NCBI GenBank assembly: GCA_963696385.1
Contig: CAVOKF010000005.1
Coordinates: 1-64,000 of the forward strand
From: an uncultured delta proteobacterium
GTDB lineage: Bacteria; Myxococcota_A; Polyangia; Polyangiales; Polyangiaceae
Length of the DNA stretch: 64,000 nucleotides
Direction of reading: 5' to 3'
Positions 1 to 7,831 of this stretch are shown here, piece by piece. Below the pieces are notes generated by a model. The model did not search any database. It saw only the letters and a program-made list of their open reading frames with translations, and was not told the origin of the DNA. Numbering within the stretch: the stretch's first letter is position 1; every line of letters begins with the position of its first letter. A program made the translations under genes and the position numbers.

Positions 1-81
1 CTCCCACTACGCCAAAAGCTTCGATTCGCGCACCTTCGGACCTCTACCCGCTGGCGCCATCCGAGGAACGGTGACCCCCCT

Positions 82-744
82 ATGGACCTTCTGACGACCA
101 TCCTCAGCTGCAGTCTGTATCTCGCCGACGACAATCTCGTGCGCGCGATCGCCCAATCGACGAGCGAAGCCAACCCCGACTTCGTGCTGGACGCGTCGGT
201 CGACGGGAGCCAGCTCGACCCACCGCCCATGCCCAAGACGTCCGCCGACGCCCTTGTCCGCGCGAAATCCATCTTGGCCAATGGAGGCCGACCGCTTCTC
301 GGGCTCATGCAGGTGCCCCCGGCGTGGCTGAGTGCCTTCGGGCGCAATCTCGCCGAGGCGTTCGATCCCTGCACCAATATCGCCGTCGGCACGGCGATGC
401 TCTCGCAGTTCGATTTCGAGTGCGCCGCCCATAGGATTCCGATGGCGTCACCGAAGAAAGCCCCCGAAGCGCACGGGGGCCTGCCCACGGGTGCGTTTGC
501 CGGCACCGCGCATCCGGCCTCGGCCGCTCATCGACTCTGCGTGTTGCGCAGGTACGAGGGTGCCATCGGCCTGCCCGACTTCGCGGCCGTTACGACCCTC
601 GAGATCCGCCACCAGCGGCCCACCCCTGCGCCGGTCGCGGAGGCCCCCATCTTCGTCCCCGTGACCCGAGAAGGCGCGGGGGCCGATTCGCTGCTTGTTC
701 CGACGGTTCCCTTCGCGCCGTCTGCTTTGGCTTCAAGTCCGTAG
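82..744 (+). CDS. VirB1-like lytic transglycosylase-fold protein, catalytic Glu apparently replaced
   Basis: Motifs LVRAIAQSTSEANP, LGLMQV and AFDPCTNIAVGTAML resemble VirB1/SLT motifs I-III. Thr sits at the expected Glu of AIAxVES. Confidence 0.6.
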   Translation: MDLLTTILSCSLYLADDNLVRAIAQSTSEANPDFVLDASVDGSQLDPPPMPKTSADALVRAKSILANGGRPLLGLMQVPPAWLSAFGRNLAEAFDPCTNIAVGTAMLSQFDFECAAHRIPMASPKKAPEAHGGLPTGAFAGTAHPASAAHRLCVLRRYEGAIGLPDFAAVTTLEIRHQRPTPAPVAEAPIFVPVTREGAGADSLLVPTVPFAPSALASSP

Positions 745-864
745 TCGTCGCTTATCGCAGAATCCCTTCATCCAAAACACTCGATGCGAAGTCTGTAGTT
801 CCGCTCACCCAAAAACACGACGTTTCGAGCTGACCTCGATGGACGAGGTCCGTGCGGCTTCCCA

Positions 865-1338
865 TTGCCAAAAAAACCTCCCGAAAGGAGCCCGTCGATG
901 CATTCGCCCCCTGAACTGCCCCCTGAATTCCATGAAACAGTCCGCGCCCTCGCCGGGCTTGCCGAGCCAAACCAAATCCTCACCCTCAAGCGGGAGCTCT
1001 TGCAGGCGCACAAACGCGAAGGGCACCTCCGGCTGCACTGCTCGGAGTTGGAGCAGAGGCTGGTCGACCTCCAAATCCAAAGCGCCGAGCGGGATCGGGA
1101 GCACAGCGCCTTTGCCGAGTGGCTCAATGCCGAGTTCGCGCGAGCCACGCGGGCGCTCGGCCAAGTCACAGGCGATCAGGAAAAGCGCCTGCGCGGCATG
1201 CGTCTCGAACTCGCTGCTGCCGAAGCCAATTGCGACGAGCTCGAGCAAGCGTGCCGCTCGCTTCTGCTCACCCTCGAGCACGCCGCAGATGCCGAGGCCT
1301 ACACACCGCTCGCCGACGCCTCGGGAGGTTCCGCATGA
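865..1338 (+). CDS. Hypothetical coiled-coil protein
   Basis: E/L/R/A-rich heptad-like sequence, co-oriented with the element genes. Confidence 0.55.
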   Translation: MPKKPPERSPSMHSPPELPPEFHETVRALAGLAEPNQILTLKRELLQAHKREGHLRLHCSELEQRLVDLQIQSAERDREHSAFAEWLNAEFARATRALGQVTGDQEKRLRGMRLELAAAEANCDELEQACRSLLLTLEHAADAEAYTPLADASGGSA

Positions 1339-1520
1339 ACCCCTGCCGAAGGAATCGCCGCCTCGTTCGTGCCGCACGGCCCGTCGGCGGTTTCGTCTTT
1401 CCCAAAAAGGGATGGCGGGACCGGCAAGGCGCACATCGCGAGGAGATCCGGCTCGCCCGCTTGAGGGCCCAACACGACCACCCACCGAAATCCCCCTCTG
1501 CCACGAAAGGAACCATTGTC

Positions 1521-1727
1521 ATGAGCCAAAAGAAAACCATGCAGCTTGTCGGCGCCATCGAACGTAGCGGCGGCGTCGGCAAGAAAACCTGGTGGACCCG
1601 CATTGGGGTCGCCTTCCAGAACAAGGACGGATCGTACAACTTGCGATTCGATTACCTGCCCCATCTCGCTGGAACCACCATTCAGATGCGCGAGATGGAC
1701 ACGACGGAGGCCGCGCCCACCGAATAG
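1521..1727 (+). CDS. Small conserved mobile-element protein (KTxWTRIGxAFxNKDGS family; DUF736-like, possible ssDNA binder)
   Basis: AAGGA RBS upstream of ATG 1521; motif KKTWWTRIGVAFQNKDGSYNLRFDYLP. An alternative in-frame ATG at 1335 overlaps the upstream stop. Confidence 0.6.
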   Translation: MSQKKTMQLVGAIERSGGVGKKTWWTRIGVAFQNKDGSYNLRFDYLPHLAGTTIQMREMDTTEAAPTE

Positions 1728-1841
1728 CGCAGTTTGCCATCCGAACGCCGGGGGGCGCGGGCCAGACGACTGGGCTCGCGCCCCCGCGGCGACGCCATTC
1801 ACCCCACCCATTCTCTTTTCTCCAGCACGAGACGTCCAGTC

Positions 1842-2828
1842 ATGCACGACTCCGAACTGCACCGATTCAAGACCGATATCGATTTGGTCCAATACGCGAC
1901 CGATCGCTACGGATACCAACGCGATCGGCGCGAGAGCAGCCGCGCGTGCCACGTGCTGCGTCACGCCGTCACGAACGACAAGATCATCGTGCGCAAAGCT
2001 TCCGACGGCCACTGGACGTACTTCTCGGTCCGTGACGATCGCGATCAAGGCACGATCGTCGACTTCGTCCAGGCGCGTGCCCGGCATGGCTCCCTCGGTC
2101 ACGTCCGCGAGGAGCTACGCCACTGGCTCGGCACCAGTCGCCCGATCGTCGATTACGGTGTGCCCTTCGCGCCGGCTGCGCCTGTCGACCGTCGCCCACC
2201 GGCGGCGACGTTCGCGGCCGCCCGGAACGCGGACAACAGCCCCTACCTCAATACGCGAGGCATTCGCCCCGAGACCCTTCGGCACCCGCGCTTTGCGGGG
2301 ACGTGGGGACTCGACCGGCGCAAGAACACTCTCTTCGTTCATACGACGGCGGCCGGTGAGGTCACCGGTTTCGAGATCAAGAACCGGGGCTTCACCGGGT
2401 TTGCCACCGGGGGCACGAAGAGCGCCTGGCAGAGTAAAGCTCGGCCGACGGACTCGGCGCTCGTCGTCACCGAGAGCGCCATCGATGCACTGAGCTACTT
2501 CCAGCTGCACCCCGGCGAGAGGGACCACACTCGTTACCTCAGCACCGGGGGAGCGCCAAGCACCCGCCAGATCGGGCTACTCGACCGCGTCTTCGCGCAA
2601 TTGCCCCCGCAGAGCCGAGTCATCGCCGCGGTCGATTCCGATGACGCGGGGGTCAAGCTCGCGAGGCGGATCGAAACCCTCGCCCGCGAGCGAGCGCACG
2701 TCACGTTTCAGCGTCACTCGCCGTCGCCGGCGAAAGACTGGAACGACGTCCTTCAGCAGGTCGAGCGCCCCTACATCCGTGCGCTCTCGCACGAGCGATC
2801 ACGCTCGGCCTTCGATCGCGGCCGATGA
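1842..2828 (+). CDS. DUF3991 + Toprim domain protein (plasmid/ICE-type primase-like)
   Basis: N-terminal FKTDIDLVQYA...DQGTIVDFVQ; YLNTRGI; Toprim motifs VVTESAIDALSY, YLSTGG, AVDSDDAG, KDWNDVL. Confidence 0.8.
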   Translation: MHDSELHRFKTDIDLVQYATDRYGYQRDRRESSRACHVLRHAVTNDKIIVRKASDGHWTYFSVRDDRDQGTIVDFVQARARHGSLGHVREELRHWLGTSRPIVDYGVPFAPAAPVDRRPPAATFAAARNADNSPYLNTRGIRPETLRHPRFAGTWGLDRRKNTLFVHTTAAGEVTGFEIKNRGFTGFATGGTKSAWQSKARPTDSALVVTESAIDALSYFQLHPGERDHTRYLSTGGAPSTRQIGLLDRVFAQLPPQSRVIAAVDSDDAGVKLARRIETLARERAHVTFQRHSPSPAKDWNDVLQQVERPYIRALSHERSRSAFDRGR

Positions 2829-2896
2829 ACCCGCGTGCCGCACACCCATTGTCCGTGTTGCCCGAGTCCACCCTCTCACCACCATAGGAGCCCACC

Positions 2897-3532
2897 ATGA
2901 CCGTTCGGCACGACCCCGAAATCGAACACTACAAACGCTCGATCAACCTTGTCGGCTACGCGATGGCGACCGGTTACCGACCGTGCCCCGGCAGGGGCGA
3001 CGGCTTTCTCTTCCTCGAACACCCGAGTGGGGACCGGATCGTCGTGACACGAACCAGGAGCGGTTACTGGCTCTACGCGTCGGCCAACGCCCACGAGCCG
3101 GGGCCGAAAGGAGAGTCTACGGATGACGCGACCCGGCGTTTGCGCCGCTGCATTGCTGCCGCAATCGACAAGGGGTCGATCGTGGATTTCGTTCTGCATC
3201 GCGACCGTGCCGCTCGCGGCGAACAAGTTTCCCTCGAGCGGGTTCGGGACCGCCTGCGCGAGTATCGGCAGTGGGGCCTCCCTCTCGACTTCGACGGCCC
3301 ATTGGCTTGCCCGAGCGACCTTGCCCCGATCCGGCCCGTCCTCGATCGACCGCGCGAAGATCGGCCATCGGCCGACGGGCGGTTCGGCCATCGCGACGTC
3401 GCCCACGAGGTCAGCGGAGCGAACCGCCGAGTCGATCCCCGCCGGCGTCGCACCGACGGGATGCCCAATCCAATCATCACGAGCGAAATGCCCCGGGGCC
3501 CTCGCGGCCGCAGCCCGGAGCGTGGCCGATGA
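2897..3532 (+). CDS. Paralogue of the N-terminal domain of 1842-2828, lacking Toprim
   Basis: YKRSINLVGYA...DRIVVTR...GYWLY...DKGSIVDFV...LERVRDRLR aligns by eye with the upstream protein; AGGAG RBS. Confidence 0.7.
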   Translation: MTVRHDPEIEHYKRSINLVGYAMATGYRPCPGRGDGFLFLEHPSGDRIVVTRTRSGYWLYASANAHEPGPKGESTDDATRRLRRCIAAAIDKGSIVDFVLHRDRAARGEQVSLERVRDRLREYRQWGLPLDFDGPLACPSDLAPIRPVLDRPREDRPSADGRFGHRDVAHEVSGANRRVDPRRRRTDGMPNPIITSEMPRGPRGRSPERGR

Positions 3533-4428
3533 ACACCGCCGTGCAATTGCGCCGGACCGGGACCGAGGTCCGAAGCGGGCTTCTCTACGGCACTCCGGTG
3601 GCGACCGTCGCCGGCACACTTGGACCGGTGGCTCTCTTCTCCTCGGGAAAGATCGTCGCCTATCGCATTCGGCATCGCCGTCGAACGCGGCTGTTCGTCT
3701 TCCGAACGCTGGACGTCGACGACCGACTTGCGGCGCGCATCCCCGGCGTGTGTCCTCGTGTCCAATTGCTTTTGGAGGTGCGGACAGCCGGGCGTGCCCG
3801 GCTCGTTCGGGGCCTACTGGCCTATCTCCTCAAGACTCACAACGACCCTTGCCGTCTGCCGGATGGGTTCTACGTGCGGGTCGGCGTCGCTCTCGCGGGT
3901 CGTCTGCCGGCGCACAAGATCCTCCAGTCATTGCTCTCCTCGTCGCTTGGACCGGATCCACCGGGTCGGCGGAGTCGCTCCACGGCAGGTCATTCGTCTG
4001 ACCCAGCCTGCCGCATGACCGCGGACCACTCCCCCGTGATCACCCGCCCGCTTCGCGCGGGCCCTGCCCAGTCGCCTTTTCCCGCGCGTCGCTCGCTTGC
4101 GACCGCGCCTCGCGCATTCGCCCGGAGTTCGCCCATGAGAAGCACTCAGACCGATCCCACTCGCTCCACGGCAGGTCATCTCTACGAGCCTGGAGCCCTC
4201 ACGACACTGGAGGCGACGGCCGTCGCGCTCCGGCTCGATTCCTTCGCACTCCGCGATGACTGCGATCGCCGAGCGCACGTCTGCGGCACCATTCCGGTGG
4301 TCCGACTGCCGGGCGGCGTCATGGGATTCCGGATCCACGGCACATGGCGGTTCCTGTTCCCGATCTCCGGTCCAGGCCCTAGCGATTCCGACCGTTCTCA
4401 CAAGCCGCCCACCGGAGAGGGTCAATGA
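3529..4428 (+). CDS. DUF2840-like ICE protein; C-terminal half is low-complexity and doubtful
   Basis: ATGA overlap with the upstream stop; pattern FSSGKIVAY...IPGVCPRVQLLL...DPCRLPDGFY...LAGRLP resembles DUF2840 of Tn4371-like ICEs. Confidence 0.5.
   Translation: MNTAVQLRRTGTEVRSGLLYGTPVATVAGTLGPVALFSSGKIVAYRIRHRRRTRLFVFRTLDVDDRLAARIPGVCPRVQLLLEVRTAGRARLVRGLLAYLLKTHNDPCRLPDGFYVRVGVALAGRLPAHKILQSLLSSSLGPDPPGRRSRSTAGHSSDPACRMTADHSPVITRPLRAGPAQSPFPARRSLATAPRAFARSSPMRSTQTDPTRSTAGHLYEPGALTTLEATAVALRLDSFALRDDCDRRAHVCGTIPVVRLPGGVMGFRIHGTWRFLFPISGPGPSDSDRSHKPPTGEGQ
3975..4179. repeat. 19-bp perfect direct repeat TCGCTCCACGGCAGGTCAT (3975-3993 and 4161-4179)
   Basis: Both copies read directly from the sequence, 186 bp apart. 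Confidence 0.85.
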
Positions 4429-5198
4429 GACCGCACCACCTCGCCCTGGGGGCGCGGTCGTCGGGTCCGGCCAATCCACTCCGCAATGTCGGCCGGGCGA
4501 GCGACCGCCCGAACCAGCCACTCATCGGCTATCCGCCGCCCAACGAGCTTGCGGCGCTTTGGGGCGCGTGCGTCCCGTGCGGCCTCGACGACGAGGTGTC
4601 GGCCCTTCTGGCGCGCCACGGCCTTTGCGCCGAGTGGGTCGATGACTTCCACTTGGCGCGCGCGCTGCTTCCGACGGTGTCGCTTCCCGGGTGGGCATCA
4701 TTTCGTCGCGCTCACCCGAGCCGTGTCTCGTGGATCGAATCGGGCCACCGCTTGCTCGTGCCGATCTTCGACGCGCTCGGTCGGATGCGGAGCGTCCGAG
4801 CATGGTGCGTTCGCGAACACGACACGGACGATCCGAGGCGCGTGTCCCCCGCAGGCTACGCGTACCGGCACCTCGTTCTCGCCTGCGGTCAGGGTGTCGC
4901 CCTGCTGTCGGGCCGTTGGGAAGAGCTGGGTGGGCAGCCACGACCTCGCGTCGTCATTACCCAGGGCGAGCCCGATTTTCTCACCTGGGCGACGCGGAGT
5001 TCCGACGCCGACGAAGCCGCGCCGATCGTGCTCGGCGTGTTGGCCGGGGCGTGGTCGGACGACTTTGCCCGACTCATCCCCGACGGGGCCCGGGTGTTTG
5101 TCCGCACGCATCACGATGCCGCCGGTGATGCGTGCGCCGAAGCGATTTGGCGATCGCTCGAAGGACGCGTGGCGGTTCACCGATCGAGGCCCACATGA
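4425..5198 (+). CDS. Toprim-like primase-related protein
   Basis: HRLLVPIFD...SVRAW; VVITQGEPDFLT (EGxxD-like, with Q for E); THHDAAG; ATGA-coupled on both sides. Confidence 0.55.
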   Translation: MRPHHLALGARSSGPANPLRNVGRASDRPNQPLIGYPPPNELAALWGACVPCGLDDEVSALLARHGLCAEWVDDFHLARALLPTVSLPGWASFRRAHPSRVSWIESGHRLLVPIFDALGRMRSVRAWCVREHDTDDPRRVSPAGYAYRHLVLACGQGVALLSGRWEELGGQPRPRVVITQGEPDFLTWATRSSDADEAAPIVLGVLAGAWSDDFARLIPDGARVFVRTHHDAAGDACAEAIWRSLEGRVAVHRSRPT

Positions 5199-6757
5199 GC
5201 TCCAAAGACGAAAACGAACGGTTGCGCGCCGGACAGCTGCCGGTGGACCCCGAAGACGACGCGGTGCCCATGCTTTCGGGCGACCCGTGGGACGAGCCCA
5301 TTCCTTTTGGCGACGCGCCCGCGTTTCCGCTGGAGGTGCTACCGCCCTGGCTCGGGGTTTGGGCCGCGGAGCAGGCCCATGCCGTTCAGGCCCCTGCGGA
5401 TCTGCCCGCGCTTCTCGGCCTCGCCGTTCTGTCGTTCACGACCGCGAAGAAGGTCGCCGTCGAGATCAAGCCCGGGTGGTCGGAACCGACCAACCTTTAC
5501 GTCGCCGTGGCGCTGGCGCCCGGCGAGGGCAAGTCGCCGATCTTTGCCGCCGCGACCGCACCGCTCCGCGAATGGGAACGGGAGCTCCGCGCGCGTCGCG
5601 CTCCGCAGATCGCCGACGCTGAAGAGTGCGACCGGATGCACGAGGAGCGGACCCAGAACCTGCGTAAGCGCGCGGCCCGAGCCGATCACGACGTCGAACG
5701 GCGCGCGCTCGAGGACGAGCTACGCGCGCTTGCAGTCGATCGCGTCGGTCGCCGGGCCCCGTCGGCGCCGCGGTTGGTCGCCGACGACGCGACCCCCGAG
5801 GCCGTGGGGCGGTTGCTCTCGGAGCAGCACGGTCGCTTGGGGGTCTTTTCCTCCGAGGGCGGCCCGTTCGCGATCCTGGCCGGGCGCTATTCCGACGGCC
5901 GCGTCAATTGCGAACTCTTCTGCAAGGCGCATTCGGGCGACGCGTACGATCTCGATCGCATCGGCCGGCCGAGCCTTCATCTTGCGGCGCCACTTTTGAC
6001 GATTGGCTTGACGGTGCAGCCGTCGGTCATCGCGGGTTTGGCATCGACGCCTGCGTTTCGCACGCTGGGTCTTCTGGCGCGATTTCTCTACGCGCTGCCG
6101 CGCTCGAGGGTCGGCACTCGTAAGGCCGATCCCGAGGCCGTCACCGAATCGGCGCGCTCCGAGTACCGGCGCGTCGTGCGGACGGTCGCCGGCCTTGCGG
6201 AGCACTTCGACGAGCACGGGGAGTTCGTCGCTCATCCGATTCCGCTCACGGAGGCTGCGCGCGGCGGGTTGATCGCCTTCAAAGCCGAGATTGAGCCGCG
6301 TCTCGGGCCCGCCGGCGATCTGCACTCGATGGCGGATTGGGGCAACAAGCTGCCCGGTCTGGTGGCCCGCCTCGCGGGGGTCTTGCACGTGGGCGACTAC
6401 GCCGAGGGGGCCCTCGGGCTGGCCATCGAGCGCGGCGCTGTCGACCGCGCGGTCGTGCTCGGTCGGTACGCGCTCGAGCACGCGCGCGCGGCCTTCGGCC
6501 TGATGGCGGCCGACTCCGCGACAACCCTCGCGAAGCACATTTGGGCATGGTGCGGCCGATCGGATACCGGCTCCGTCACGCGCCACGCGATGCACCGCGC
6601 GATGCAATGCCGAGTCGAGCGGGCGCCCGATTTGGATGCCGCCATTGCCATGCTCGTCGAGCGCGCGCTCTTGCGTGAGGTCCAGGACCTTGGACCGCGT
6701 CGCCGCGGCCGTCCTTCGAGTCCCCTGTTCGAGATCAACCCCCGCGCGAGGCAGTGA
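5195..6757 (+). CDS. DUF3987/YfjI-family P-loop protein (putative replicative helicase of integrative elements)
   Basis: FPLEVLP; WSEPTNLY; Walker A-like APGEGKS; RLVADDATPEA; DRIGR; TVQP; GLLARFL; ARLAGVLH. Confidence 0.85.
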   Translation: MSSKDENERLRAGQLPVDPEDDAVPMLSGDPWDEPIPFGDAPAFPLEVLPPWLGVWAAEQAHAVQAPADLPALLGLAVLSFTTAKKVAVEIKPGWSEPTNLYVAVALAPGEGKSPIFAAATAPLREWERELRARRAPQIADAEECDRMHEERTQNLRKRAARADHDVERRALEDELRALAVDRVGRRAPSAPRLVADDATPEAVGRLLSEQHGRLGVFSSEGGPFAILAGRYSDGRVNCELFCKAHSGDAYDLDRIGRPSLHLAAPLLTIGLTVQPSVIAGLASTPAFRTLGLLARFLYALPRSRVGTRKADPEAVTESARSEYRRVVRTVAGLAEHFDEHGEFVAHPIPLTEAARGGLIAFKAEIEPRLGPAGDLHSMADWGNKLPGLVARLAGVLHVGDYAEGALGLAIERGAVDRAVVLGRYALEHARAAFGLMAADSATTLAKHIWAWCGRSDTGSVTRHAMHRAMQCRVERAPDLDAAIAMLVERALLREVQDLGPRRRGRPSSPLFEINPRARQ

Positions 6758-6770
6758 CGTCCATGTCGTC

Positions 6771-7037
6771 CCGATTTTCGTCATTTTCGTCACTGGACTT
6801 GGCGGGCCCCGAGGTTCCGGTTCGCCCCGGCCCTCGCTCGCGCCGTCTTCGGCGAGATGCGGCTACCCCCAGCGCGATCCGATTTTGGTCATTTTCGTCA
6901 CTGGATTGGGGGGGACCGACGCTCGATATAGGGGCCGTTCGCGTCGGCGTCCGGGCCGCCCACGCGCCGCACGAGCCAGTCCCGGCCACGACGAATCGAT
7001 TTTCGTCATTTTCGTCACCGGATTCGGCGGGACTGAC
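6771..7037. repeat. Three ~42-bp imperfect direct repeats (core CGATTTTCGTCATTTTCGTCACTGGA), iteron-like; putative origin
   Basis: Copies at ~6771-6812, 6879-6920 and 6996-7037, immediately after the DUF3987 stop; each has an internal ATTTTCGTC-like tandem. Confidence 0.8.
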
Positions 7038-7232
7038 TTTCGATTTCGGCAGACGGCGGTGCGCGCGTCCGCGGGACGGGCAGGCGCCTTTCTACGGCAT
7101 GGAGCCGCGGATTGGTCGACGACCGGAACCACGACGATTCGTTTTCCGACCGGATGAGCTGAGCCGAAGGCCCCGGTCTCGTCATCGCGCCCTCCTTGAA
7201 CGGATCACCACGGCAGAAAGGAAGCAAGCCGG

Positions 7233-7586
7233 ATGAGCTTCGGTCGCGACCTATTGCTTGAGATCATCGACGCGGCCGAGCGCGACCCGGCGCTCGCCGA
7301 GCGCGTACGACGCGTGCTCGGGGTGCAGCCCGTCAACGACGCGAAGGAGCCGGTGGCGCTCTACCTGCGGGCTTCCGAGTACGCGCGTCGACTCTCGCTC
7401 GGCGAACGCACCGTTTGGGAGCTCGTCGCGGAAGGGCTTCCGACGATCGGCAGTGGCAAATCGCGGCGCATCGACGTCGCGCGCGCCGATGACTGGCTTC
7501 GGGGCCGACGCGATCGGATCGACGCCGCGATTCAGGCGCATGCCCAGCGAGCGGCGCACCGCGCAGCAGCCAAGGTATCGCGATGA
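7233..7586 (+). CDS. HTH excisionase / recombination directionality factor-like protein
   Basis: YLRASEYARRLSLGERTVWELVAEGLPTIGSGKSRRIDV...DDWL is a typical Xis/HTH_17 pattern, upstream of the integrase. Confidence 0.75.
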   Translation: MSFGRDLLLEIIDAAERDPALAERVRRVLGVQPVNDAKEPVALYLRASEYARRLSLGERTVWELVAEGLPTIGSGKSRRIDVARADDWLRGRRDRIDAAIQAHAQRAAHRAAAKVSR

Positions 7587-7831
7587 AACGTACGCATAAA
7601 TCGGGGTGCACCATGGGCCATAAGCAACGTTCCGATTCGCATGACGATCTACGAGCGGGGGGCCGCGACACGCTGCGGGCGGTCGATCGGCTGCCGCTCG
7701 TTCGCGCTTACACGTTCGACCTCGAAGGGCCGCGCCGTGTGGCGAGCCCGCACACGTGCCCCGCGTTGGAAAGCTCGGGCGCCGAGTTTAGATTGGAAGC
7801 TATCCCTGAAACTGCGGAGGGGCAGTCATGA
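7583..7831 (+). CDS. Small hypothetical protein
   Basis: ATGA overlaps with both the excisionase and the integrase; no recognisable motif. Confidence 0.3.
   Translation: MKRTHKSGCTMGHKQRSDSHDDLRAGGRDTLRAVDRLPLVRAYTFDLEGPRRVASPHTCPALESSGAEFRLEAIPETAEGQS

Noticed and set aside
6771..7037. Possible mini-CRISPR array
   Set aside because: Only three imperfect, non-palindromic repeats with ~65-75 bp intervals and no cas genes in the window; the position after a helicase gene fits iterons better.
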